DNA of 64,000 bases from assembly GCA_964538435.1 (NCBI GenBank), contig CAZIDX010000004.1:769-64768 (forward strand). Direction: 5' to 3'. Shown in pieces: positions 37,462 through 46,500 of the stretch (position 1 is the stretch's first letter; every line of letters begins with the position of its first letter). The DNA comes from an uncultured Gammaproteobacteria bacterium (lineage in GTDB: Bacteria; Patescibacteriota; Patescibacteriia; UBA9934; GWF2-40-263). The position numbers and the translations under genes were made by a program. The notes under the pieces are model-generated. The model ran no database searches. It saw nothing but the letters and a program-made list of their open reading frames with translations, and was not told where the DNA came from.

Positions 37462-38850
37462 ATGAGCAAGCCAACCTATCACATCACCACCTATGGGTGT
37501 CAGATGAACAAGAATGACTCCGAGCGAATGGAGGCGCTTCTTCAGGCTGTGGGTATGGAGTCGGTTGATGGTCCTGAGAAGGCGGATTTGGTTGTACTAA
37601 ATTCGTGTTCAGTGAGGAAGAGTGCAGAGGATCGAATTTTCGGTCGGGTGCGGACATTGAACAAGATGAAGAAGAAGCGTCCAGGGATGATTATTGCGAT
37701 CACTGGATGCATGCCAGGTAGAGATCGGGATCGTGAATTTCAAAAAAAGATGCCTGGGGTGGATCTTTATTTTCCAACTGCGGATATGGGCCAGCTTCCG
37801 CGTTGGATTGGAGAGCTTCGGCCTGAGCTTGTGAATAGCACTGATGCGGTTGAGGATTATATGAAGCTTAAACCTGAGCGACATTCTGTGCGGCAGGCGT
37901 TTGTTTCGATTCAGACTGGGTGTAACAAGTTTTGTACGTACTGTGTTGTGCCATTTGCGCGTGGGCTTGAGAAGAATCGGCCGCTTAAGCAGATCCTTGA
38001 TGAGATAGAAGATCTTGTTGCTCATGGGTGTGTGGAGATTACGCTCTTAGGTCAGACAGTGAACAGTTATCAAGCACCTGATCCAGACACGATCTCAAAA
38101 AAAAATCCGTACACAGATCATTTTGCTGCGCTCCTTTGGGAGGTGAACCAGATCAAAGGTATTGCTCGTTTGCATTACACTGCGCCTCATCCTGTTCACA
38201 TGAATGATGAGATTATTGATGCAATGACGCTTCCTGCGCATCTCAACTTTATTCATATCCCTGTTCAGTCAGGTGATGATGAGGTGCTGCGTCGCATGAA
38301 TAGACGGTACACAGCAGAGGAGTTTTTGGCTGTAATTGAAAGGATTAAAGCAAAGATTCCTACAATTGCGATTGGGACAGATATCATTGTTGGGTTCTCA
38401 GAAGAGACTGAAGAGCAGTTTGAAAAGACCGTTGAGCTTTATAAGAATGTTGGGTTTGATATTTCTTACACTGCGCAGTACTCAGAGCGTTCTGGCACTG
38501 CAGCGTCGAGTGCATTTCCTGATACGGTTTCACATAAGGAAAAGAAACGGAGGTGGCGAGTGCTTCAGGCTCTTATGGAAAAGATGACGACTGAGAAGAA
38601 TCAGGTTTATGTTGGCAAGACTGTTTCTGTTTTGGTTGAGCGTCATGAACCACCAAAGGTTTCAGATGAGATGATGAAGATGCCGGAGAAAGTAAAAGAA
38701 TTACTTGAGAGTCATCCAGGGTATTGCTATGGCAACTCTCGTGAGATGAAGCTTGTGAGATTTAAGTCTGACGCATCAATGATCGGTGAGATTGTTGATG
38801 TAAAAGTAACTCGCGCGGATGTGTGGGTGCTTGAAGGGCAAATTGTATGA
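37462..38850 (+). CDS. miaB: tRNA-i6A37 methylthiotransferase MiaB
   Basis: TYGCQMN UPF0004 domain, CNKFCTYC radical SAM motif, TRAM domain. Confidence 0.95.
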   Translation: MSKPTYHITTYGCQMNKNDSERMEALLQAVGMESVDGPEKADLVVLNSCSVRKSAEDRIFGRVRTLNKMKKKRPGMIIAITGCMPGRDRDREFQKKMPGVDLYFPTADMGQLPRWIGELRPELVNSTDAVEDYMKLKPERHSVRQAFVSIQTGCNKFCTYCVVPFARGLEKNRPLKQILDEIEDLVAHGCVEITLLGQTVNSYQAPDPDTISKKNPYTDHFAALLWEVNQIKGIARLHYTAPHPVHMNDEIIDAMTLPAHLNFIHIPVQSGDDEVLRRMNRRYTAEEFLAVIERIKAKIPTIAIGTDIIVGFSEETEEQFEKTVELYKNVGFDISYTAQYSERSGTAASSAFPDTVSHKEKKRRWRVLQALMEKMTTEKNQVYVGKTVSVLVERHEPPKVSDEMMKMPEKVKELLESHPGYCYGNSREMKLVRFKSDASMIGEIVDVKVTRADVWVLEGQIV

Positions 38851-39797
38851 AAAAGAAAATCATTGCTGTGGTAGGTCCGACAGCTGCGGGTAAAACCTCG
38901 CTTGGAATTACGATCGCTAAGGAGATTGGTGGCGAGGTGATCTCGGTTGACTCGCGTCAGATTTATCGAGGTATGGATATTGGGACTGGAAAGGAGCCAG
39001 GAGAGTGGGTGGAACATGACATTGAGAAGGGGGGAAGTATTGAACAACTTTATGGTGCAAGGAAGCGTCTCGTAATTGATGGGGTGGTGCACTGGGGGAT
39101 TGATATCGTAGACCCGGATCAGGTGTACTCAGCGTCTGAGTTTAAGGATTATGCAGAGCAGAAGATCGATGAGATTGTGTCTCGCGGGCATGTTCCTGTG
39201 CTTGTTGGTGGAACTGGGTTCTGGCTTAAGGCGATTGTTGAGAATTTGGACCTTGGATCTGTGGCTGCAGATGAAAAACTCAGAGAAGAGCTTGGAACGC
39301 AAGGGGTGGGGTATTTGTTTGCTGAATACAAGCGACTTGATCCTGAGGGGGCTCAAACTATTGATCGAGATAATAAAAGAAAGCTTGTTAGAGCGCTTGA
39401 GGTTACAAAGCTGACTGGTAAGCCGTTTTCAGAGCTTAAAACGTCTGGAGAGCCAAAATACAATGTTTTAACGCTTGGAATTACTCATGAGAGAGATGTT
39501 TTAGCTGAGAGAATTAGTACGCGCGTGGAACAAATGGTGGCAGAGGGGCTGGTTGATGAGGTGAGGGGGCTCAGGGAGAAATATGGGTGTGATATCGAGT
39601 CAATGACAGGGATTGGATATCGGCAGGTTTGTCGATTTTTAGAGGGTGAAGATTCGCTTGAAGAAGCAATCGAAGAGATAAAAAAAGACTCTCGCAGGTA
39701 TGCTAAGAGGCAGATGACTTGGTGGAAACGTGACGGCAGTATTCAATGGGTGCGAGACTTTGGTGAAGCTGTTCCATTGATTGATGCTTTTCTTTAA
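38847..39797 (+). CDS. miaA: tRNA dimethylallyltransferase
   Basis: GPTAAGKT, DSRQIYRGMDIGT, VGGTG, RYAKRQMTW. Confidence 0.96.
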   Translation: MKKKIIAVVGPTAAGKTSLGITIAKEIGGEVISVDSRQIYRGMDIGTGKEPGEWVEHDIEKGGSIEQLYGARKRLVIDGVVHWGIDIVDPDQVYSASEFKDYAEQKIDEIVSRGHVPVLVGGTGFWLKAIVENLDLGSVAADEKLREELGTQGVGYLFAEYKRLDPEGAQTIDRDNKRKLVRALEVTKLTGKPFSELKTSGEPKYNVLTLGITHERDVLAERISTRVEQMVAEGLVDEVRGLREKYGCDIESMTGIGYRQVCRFLEGEDSLEEAIEEIKKDSRRYAKRQMTWWKRDGSIQWVRDFGEAVPLIDAFL

Positions 39798-39824
39798 ATC
39801 TTTCCTTTCCTTTACCTTTAATTG

Positions 39825-40015
39825 GTTTCGCTTTCGCTCGGATCTCGCTGCGGGGGCTTGGGGCGGCCACGAGGTCGTGATTTAAAAATTCGTTGTAAAT
39901 TTTTTTAAACCACGACCTCGAACGGCCGTTTGGCGTCCTGGGCCTATAGGTGGGGTGGTGGGGGCTGCGACCTGTCAGGCCGTCGAGGCCTTCAGGTCGC
40001 CATCTCCATGGAGGA
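39825..40015 (+). repeat. Structured repeat family 1, copy B
   Basis: Homologous to 6533-6716 and 51316-51518. Confidence 0.9.
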
Positions 40016-40080
40016 TGAGCTTTAGAAAATCAACAGCCCCCGGATCCTGCGTGGATTCGGGGGCTTGTCGTTGGTGTTGG

Positions 40081-40851
40081 TCAGTCGTTGATGACCTTCA
40101 CCGCGGCCTGGGTCGCTCCGGAGAGGTCGAGGCCTGTGCAATTGACGAACTTCACAGCCTGCAGTGTCGCTCCGTGGAATCGGGCTCCAGTCAGATCGCA
40201 CTCCATGAACTTGGCGGCCATGATGACTGTGTTGGTGAAGTCAGCGTTGCGGAAGTCCTCACTGATGTGCTTGACGCTCATCATGTCCTGGCCGCTGAAG
40301 TCTTGACCTTGGGGCTGCTCATCTTCGTCCGGGGCAATGTACTCGCCTTCGTGGATGATCTGTGTGGGCAGGTTGGGGTTAGGCTGATCCTGGTTCTCCT
40401 CGGTAGAGGCTTGGAGCATTTCGTTCATGGTGTAGAAGACACGACCTTCGACCTCGTGGATGTTGGAGTCGGTGAGGTCGGCGTTGTCGACGAGGAGCAG
40501 GTCAGCGCTCAAGGGCAGCATTGTACCGATGAGGCTGGCTCCAGTGAGTTTGATTCCTTCGAAGGTGGTTTTGGACAGGTCACATCCATCCAGATTCGCG
40601 TGGGACAACAGGTTGGAGTCGAAGATGGCTCCATCCAGGTTGGCTCCGCGCAGGTCGGCGTTGCGCAAGATCATTCCGCTGAAGTTTTGCTCGCGCAGAT
40701 CTGTGCCTCGCAGGTCCAGGTGGGTGTAGAACTTGTGGTTGCACGCGGGACATACATGACCCGTCTCTCCGAGATGTGTGTTGTGCAGATCTGCTTCTGC
40801 CAGGGATCCACAATCGGGGCAAGGGGTGTTGGTGGACAGCAGGTCGCTCAT
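40081..40851 (-). CDS. Pentapeptide-repeat protein with N-terminal Zn ribbon
   Basis: CPDC...CPAC, then A(D/N)Lxx repeats in two blocks; promoter TTGACA(41010)-17-TATTCT. Confidence 0.85.
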   Translation of the reverse strand: MSDLLSTNTPCPDCGSLAEADLHNTHLGETGHVCPACNHKFYTHLDLRGTDLREQNFSGMILRNADLRGANLDGAIFDSNLLSHANLDGCDLSKTTFEGIKLTGASLIGTMLPLSADLLLVDNADLTDSNIHEVEGRVFYTMNEMLQASTEENQDQPNPNLPTQIIHEGEYIAPDEDEQPQGQDFSGQDMMSVKHISEDFRNADFTNTVIMAAKFMECDLTGARFHGATLQAVKFVNCTGLDLSGATQAAVKVIND

Positions 40852-41073
40852 CTGGTTTCCTTCCTATCCGAGAGTGAATTCTCGCGGATTTGAGCGATGT
40901 GTTCCAAGTGGCTGTTCCTGTGCCACATTCGTTCGATACAGCCGATTGCACAATGCAATCTGATAGCCGTATAAGAGAGCCAGAATAGCACAAAATAGCC
41001 GTTTTGTCAAGGGTTTTACGTGTTTTTGAATCAAAAAACACCCAGTAAATGGGTGTTTTTATCTTATGTTTGA

Positions 41074-42600
41074 TTACTTGTTGAGCTCTACTTTTAAGAT
41101 GTTTTTTGCTACTCCTGGGTCTGCTGTGCCTTTTGATTTTTTCATGATCATTCCGATGAAAAACTGTAGCAGCTGCTCTTCGCCTGCTTTGTAGCGGGCT
41201 AGTTCTGCTGGGTGTGACTCGATTACGTTCATTACGATTTCGGCTAGCTCACCCTCGTCACTCATTTGGCCGAGTTGCTTGTCTTCCATGATGTGCGTTG
41301 GGCTCTCGCCAGCCTCGAGCATTGCTTCGAGTACTTTGAGTCCAGAGGTGTTGTTGAGTTTTCGTGTTGCTACAAGTGTGATGAACTCAGCAAAGTTTTC
41401 TGGGGTGATTTTCATGATGCGAATGTCGATGGATTTATCTGCGAGCAGTCCACCAAGTTTTGAGAGCAGCCATCCAGCGAGTAGTTTTGCCATTTTCTTT
41501 TTCTCGGTTTCAACTGCTTCAATTTCGTTGACATCAAGTTCTGGAATAGAAGCGAGCCAAGCATGGAGTTCTGAGAATGCACGCTCAACAAAGTCTGCCA
41601 TTACCAGGTCGTCGCAAATCTGTTTTGCATCCGATGGTTTGAGTGCGTATTCTTCTTCGAATCGTGCACGCTTTGCTGCGGGCAGTTCTGGGAGTTCGCT
41701 TTTTAGCTCGTCTGCAATGTCTTTGAGTGCAAGAGGTGGGATGTCAGGTTCTGGGAAGTAGCGGTAGTCAGATGCGCCTTCTTTTGACCGTTGGTCTTCT
41801 GTAATGCCTTTTGCGTCGTTCCATCCGCGTGTTGTTGAGATGGATGGGATTTCATCTTTCTCCCACAGTTTTGTTTGTCTTTGGATTTCGTGTTCGAGTG
41901 CGCGCTCAACATGTTTGAATGAGTTGAGGTTTTTGATTTCTGTTTTTGGGTGCAATGTGGAATCCTTTGGAACTCCGTTTTCGTCTACTTCTCGCAGCGA
42001 GATGTTTGCATCACAACGCAGGTGTCCTTTTTCCATGTCAGCATTGGAGACACCAAGGTAGCGCATGATGAGACGCAACTCTTGAAGGAATATTTTAGCC
42101 TCAAGAGGGGAGCGGAAGTCAGGTTCAGTTACGATCTCGATGAGAGGTGTTCCTCCGCGGTTGAAATCAACAAAGGTTTTTCCGTCTGTGCCGTGAACGT
42201 TTTTTGCTGCGTCTTCTTCGAGGTGCGCACGCGTGATTCCGATGTTTGCAATATCTCGCTCTCCACCTGGAACACGCACACTTAGGTGTCCGTGTTCTGC
42301 GATCGGGAGGTCAAATTGTGAGATTTGGTAGGCCTTTGGGAGGTCAGGATAAAAGTAGTTTTTTCGATCAAATTTTGAGTGATCTGCGATTTTACAATTC
42401 AAAGCAAGTCCCACAAGCACGCCAAAGCGAATGGCTTGCTTATTTGGGACAGGAAGGGTTCCTGGGTTTCCAAGGCAGATTGGGCATACATTGGTGTTTG
42501 GTCGAGCAGCGCTATCGTGCGTGGAACAACCACAAAACATTTTTGTTTTGGTTTTCATTTGCACGTGGATTTCAAGTCCGATTACTGGTTGCAGTTTCAT
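41074..42600 (-). CDS. gatB: Asp/Glu-tRNA amidotransferase subunit B
   Basis: IGLEIHVQ, RKNYFYPDLPK, HLEEDA, EIKNLNS, YRYFPEPD. Confidence 0.97.
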   Translation of the reverse strand: MKLQPVIGLEIHVQMKTKTKMFCGCSTHDSAARPNTNVCPICLGNPGTLPVPNKQAIRFGVLVGLALNCKIADHSKFDRKNYFYPDLPKAYQISQFDLPIAEHGHLSVRVPGGERDIANIGITRAHLEEDAAKNVHGTDGKTFVDFNRGGTPLIEIVTEPDFRSPLEAKIFLQELRLIMRYLGVSNADMEKGHLRCDANISLREVDENGVPKDSTLHPKTEIKNLNSFKHVERALEHEIQRQTKLWEKDEIPSISTTRGWNDAKGITEDQRSKEGASDYRYFPEPDIPPLALKDIADELKSELPELPAAKRARFEEEYALKPSDAKQICDDLVMADFVERAFSELHAWLASIPELDVNEIEAVETEKKKMAKLLAGWLLSKLGGLLADKSIDIRIMKITPENFAEFITLVATRKLNNTSGLKVLEAMLEAGESPTHIMEDKQLGQMSDEGELAEIVMNVIESHPAELARYKAGEEQLLQFFIGMIMKKSKGTADPGVAKNILKVELNK

Positions 42601-42628
42601 AAACGTATAGGTTGCTTTGAAATGCAGC

Positions 42629-43360
42629 TTACGCTGTCTGTTTGCTTGTCGCAAGTTGTTTTAAGTGGAGGTAGAGAAGGGTGATGTAGATGGCAAATAG
42701 AGGTACAAAGAACATTTCTCCAATCACTTCAAAGATTTCTACCCAGAGTGGCAAGGTGTCGCTTTCGTAAATAGTAACAGGGTCGATTCCAAAAACAAGA
42801 GCAATGATAGTGATCACGCTGCCCACGAGTGCTGAGTAGACAAACGCGATAGCGACAGGTCCCAAAAGAAGTCTCCATAGCACGCGGAAGAATTGTCCCT
42901 TGAGAAGTTCTTTGCTGGTTGAGAGAGCGTCGAGGTCTTTCTTGCCGTCAATAACGAGAGCTTGCTGTGAGAACGCGAACCAGATAGCAAATACGAGTCC
43001 AGGAATAATGAGAAGAATCAGGCCACCGAGAAAGATGACGAGTTGCAGCAAGATGATGCGTACTGAGGAGGTGATGAGATTGAATGCATCACGTTGAACC
43101 TTTTGCAGATCAAGAGGCTTGCGTCTGGCAATTGCTGTTGTGATCTTGATGTAGATAACAGTGATCCAGATGGCTAGGAAGATTTCTAGAATAGACGCAA
43201 CAACCTCTGCAGCGGTGGTTGCGAGGTGGTCGGGGCTAAGACGTAAAACTACAAACGCCGCAAATGGCACGAGCAGCCATGCGGCGTAACCTAGGTACAG
43301 CCAGAGGTGTTTTTTGTAGAGGTGGTACGTTCGTGTGAGAAGATCTAGCGGTGGCAACAT
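42629..43360 (-). CDS. Integral membrane protein (GDPD-membrane-domain-like)
   Basis: Multiple TMs; LLIIPG...F....V..G....AL..S..L.KG.F motif. Confidence 0.75.
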   Translation of the reverse strand: MLPPLDLLTRTYHLYKKHLWLYLGYAAWLLVPFAAFVVLRLSPDHLATTAAEVVASILEIFLAIWITVIYIKITTAIARRKPLDLQKVQRDAFNLITSSVRIILLQLVIFLGGLILLIIPGLVFAIWFAFSQQALVIDGKKDLDALSTSKELLKGQFFRVLWRLLLGPVAIAFVYSALVGSVITIIALVFGIDPVTIYESDTLPLWVEIFEVIGEMFFVPLFAIYITLLYLHLKQLATSKQTA

Positions 43361-43362
43361 AG

Positions 43363-44244
43363 TTATCGAGTCTCTTTGAGAGATCTGTAAAGAAGAACGT
43401 CTGAAATAATGATAAGTGGGTTGATGAGAACAACGATTAAGATTGGGACAACGGTTTCTGTCATTGTGGTGATTCTGAGTTGAAGGTCAAGGTTCAAGCC
43501 AGCACTGGCGTCGATGAGGATGCGCGCAGCAAACGCAGCCAGGTACATGGCAAAGACACCAAAGATGATAAAGACAAGTTTTGGAACAGCAATGCGAGCG
43601 AGTACAGCCCAGAAGCGATCTCTGACAAGGTCTCGGCTAAGTTCAAGAGCTTTCATTCCTCTGGCTCCGTCTAGCATGGTAGCGATCGGTCCAAAGAAGT
43701 AGTAACCCATCCAGCGGATGCTTAGGAATACGGATACAAACATTCCAGCGATTAGGAGCAGGGAGCCGATGACGATTAAGCTTGTGAGTCCGAAGGATTG
43801 TCCAATTGCAGCAACAATTGCTGGTGGGGCAAAACCAATCAAGATCGCGAGTCCTACCATGAGCACAACCATGATGGTGGTAATGGCAGCAGGGATAAAG
43901 ATTTTCCAACCTTCTTTTAGGGCCTTTTTGTGATCAGGGCGCTTGCGAGAAAGGTGGGTTCTGACCATGCGTGTGATTGATGTGAGCACCCAGAAGGTCA
44001 TGATTGGAGCAATGATGAATGTGGTGAGTGCATACAGATATACACCAAAGACATCTGTTCCTGTGAGCACAGCCCCGAATTGAAGCTTGCTGGCTGCCGG
44101 ATAGAAGGCAAGGGCAACGACATACAAGATGGCTGTGATCAAGATCCAGCAGGAAACAGCTAGGTATTCAACGATTTTGCTTCGGTATGTCTCCCAAGAG
44201 TCGTCAATGAGTTGTCCGACAGTGATGAGTGGTTTTGAAGGCAT
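43363..44244 (-). CDS. Integral membrane protein, probable paralog of the neighbouring gene
   Basis: Multiple TMs; G.KAL..SRDLVRDRFW motif; C-terminal LLYRSLK. Confidence 0.75.
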   Translation of the reverse strand: MPSKPLITVGQLIDDSWETYRSKIVEYLAVSCWILITAILYVVALAFYPAASKLQFGAVLTGTDVFGVYLYALTTFIIAPIMTFWVLTSITRMVRTHLSRKRPDHKKALKEGWKIFIPAAITTIMVVLMVGLAILIGFAPPAIVAAIGQSFGLTSLIVIGSLLLIAGMFVSVFLSIRWMGYYFFGPIATMLDGARGMKALELSRDLVRDRFWAVLARIAVPKLVFIIFGVFAMYLAAFAARILIDASAGLNLDLQLRITTMTETVVPILIVVLINPLIIISDVLLYRSLKETR

Positions 44245-44252
44245 AGGTTGTC

Positions 44253-44966
44253 TTATCGCGAAAAGATTTGACTGATGAGCTCTGTTGCGCGCGCGCGAGA
44301 GTCATCAACGGTTCCTCCAGTATCGAGTAGATACACACGTGAACCTTTGTTTTTGAAAATAGAATGAAGCCACTTGGCAGCAAAGCGCTCCTCTTGTTTG
44401 AGCAGGAAGGCAAGTTCTGCGAACACACCTTTTGATTCATCGTCGCGAGCATGGATGCGTCTGTGAGCTTCCTGGGCATCAACTTTTGTGAGAATCAGGA
44501 CGTCTGGTGCGTGGTCGAGTGCGAGCTGGTTTCCAGGTAGGGACATGATGAATTCTTCTGTCATCCCTCCGTGCATGACGGGTTGGTAGACTAGCGAAGA
44601 GGAGATGCCTCTGTCTTGGATGACGATTTTTCCTGCTTTGAGCGCTGGGATAACAAGGCGCTTGTACATGATCTGTCGATCAAGAGCGAATGCGTGCGCG
44701 AGCTCTTCGCCTCCGTATGGATCGTCTGAGCGAGAGAGTTCGTAGCGGATGGCGCGACCTGTCCAGGTTCGGGTGGGTTCGTATGTGAAGAAGACGTCAT
44801 GATCTTGCAGGTCTTCAAATGCGGGTGGTTCGTGGTCGATCCAGTCAGAAAGTTTGAATACGTTGTGACCTTGCTCCTGTGTCCACTCTTGAACAGCATT
44901 AAGGACAGTGGATTTTCCACTTCCTGTCATGCCATCAACCATGATGAATTGACCTGATCGCTTCAT
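44253..44966 (-). CDS. tmk: Thymidylate kinase
   Basis: DGMTGSGKST P-loop, EPT, ALDR, QDRGISSSLVYQ. Confidence 0.9.
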   Translation of the reverse strand: MKRSGQFIMVDGMTGSGKSTVLNAVQEWTQEQGHNVFKLSDWIDHEPPAFEDLQDHDVFFTYEPTRTWTGRAIRYELSRSDDPYGGEELAHAFALDRQIMYKRLVIPALKAGKIVIQDRGISSSLVYQPVMHGGMTEEFIMSLPGNQLALDHAPDVLILTKVDAQEAHRRIHARDDESKGVFAELAFLLKQEERFAAKWLHSIFKNKGSRVYLLDTGGTVDDSRARATELISQIFSR

Positions 44967-45117
44967 ATTATAGCAAATATTGCGTAATAATCCGATTTAG
45001 GGTGCCCCTTAATTCTCAAAGTGAGATCTATCCACAGGTTGCTCTGCAATGTCGTTATTTTAGCGGAAAGATGAGCCCATGGAAACCAGGTGCTTGGGGT
45101 GGTATTCTTGATCTAGT

Positions 45118-45951
45118 ATGACAAACTTTGATCAAATCTATTTAGACGCCATTGGGCGCATTTATAACGAGGGCGATGAAGTGTTTTCTGAGCGCACAGG
45201 ATACTCAACAAAGGCTATTCCGGGTCTTACGCTTGAGATTGAGCCTGCAAAGGGTTTTCCTCTGCTTACATTGCGCAAAATCCCTGTAAGATTGTTTTGT
45301 GCAGAGGTTGTGTGGATGGTAACTGGGCATAAACATCTTGAGTTCCTGCGTCAGTTTACAAAGGTTTGGGATGGGTTTGCAGAAGAAGATGGAACAGTGG
45401 AGGCAGCGTATGGTCACAGGTGGCGTCACTATTTTGGACGAGATCAGCTTTTGGATCTTGTGGATCATTTGCGCGCGGAGCCATCGTCTCGACATGGGGT
45501 TGTTGTGATGTGGGATCCTGCAACAGATGGGCTCACTGCGCCGAAGAAGAAAAATGTACCGTGTCCGTTTTGTTGGACAGCGAATATTATTCAAAATAAA
45601 TTGAATGTGCATTTGGTGATTCGATCAAATGACATGATGCTTGGAAATCCGCACGATACCGCTGGGTTCGCGCTCCTGCAGGCCATGCTTGCGCAGGAGC
45701 TTGGGGTCAATGTTGGGAAGCTTACGATTTCGATTTCGCATGCACATATTTATGAGAATCACTACTCTCAAGCTGTAGAACTTCTTGATCGAGATGATCA
45801 TTCTCATGACGAGATTTTTTGTAACTTGCCTGAGAATTCGTTTAGGCGAGCCATGGATGCTGATGAGACGCTTGTGAAGGAGATGTTTAAAATGTTTAAA
45901 AATCAGTATGAGCCTGCGCCTCCAGTGGAGCGCATGCAGATTGCGTATTAG
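45118..45951 (+). CDS. thyA: Thymidylate synthase ThyA
   Basis: ERTG, FPLLT, YGHRWR, SSRH, catalytic PC, RSND..LG.P, HAHIYENH. Confidence 0.93.
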   Translation: MTNFDQIYLDAIGRIYNEGDEVFSERTGYSTKAIPGLTLEIEPAKGFPLLTLRKIPVRLFCAEVVWMVTGHKHLEFLRQFTKVWDGFAEEDGTVEAAYGHRWRHYFGRDQLLDLVDHLRAEPSSRHGVVVMWDPATDGLTAPKKKNVPCPFCWTANIIQNKLNVHLVIRSNDMMLGNPHDTAGFALLQAMLAQELGVNVGKLTISISHAHIYENHYSQAVELLDRDDHSHDEIFCNLPENSFRRAMDADETLVKEMFKMFKNQYEPAPPVERMQIAY

Positions 45952-45953
45952 AT

Positions 45954-46454
45954 ATGGACGTTATACTTATTGCAGCGGTTTCGGCTGATGGAAAGATTGC
46001 TCAGTCCTCTGATCAGCTTTCTCTTGATTGGACAAGCAAAGAGGATTTGCGGTTTTTTGTTGAAAAAACTAAGGAAATTGGTGTGGTGATCATGGGGCGA
46101 AAGACCTTTGATACGATTGGAAAGCCGCTTAAAGACAGGCAGCTCATAGTGATGACACGCTCACCAGAGGAGCAGGAGACAATGGAAGGGGTGGAGTTTA
46201 CAAGCGAGACACCGCATGAGATTTTGGAGCGATTGGAGGGGCTTGGGCTAAAGAGTGTTGTGCTGGCTGGTGGGTCATCGATTTACAGCAAGTTTTTGTA
46301 TGACAATCTTGTGACAGATGTTTATCTGACGATTGAACCAATCTTGTTTGGTCAGGGTGTGCCACTTGCCTTTGGATTTGATCGAATTGATATGGAGCTT
46401 GAGGATGTGAGCGAGCTGGGGGAGAATGGAATTCTTGCGCATTACACGTTGTAG
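45954..46454 (+). CDS. folA: Dihydrofolate reductase
   Basis: IAAVSADGKI, EDLRFF, IMGRKTF, PL.DR, GGSSIY; directly downstream of thyA. Confidence 0.88.
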   Translation: MDVILIAAVSADGKIAQSSDQLSLDWTSKEDLRFFVEKTKEIGVVIMGRKTFDTIGKPLKDRQLIVMTRSPEEQETMEGVEFTSETPHEILERLEGLGLKSVVLAGGSSIYSKFLYDNLVTDVYLTIEPILFGQGVPLAFGFDRIDMELEDVSELGENGILAHYTL

Positions 46455-46500
46455 AGAAAAATAAAACCACCCTCGTATAGAGAGTGGTTTTTTGTTTTGC

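Noticed and set aside
39955-40893. 312-aa + strand ORF
   Set aside because: Antisense shadow of the pentapeptide gene; begins inside a repeat
45028-45036. DnaA-box-like CTATCCACA between tmk and thyA, possible origin
   Set aside because: Single imperfect box with no cluster or unwinding element; could be chance
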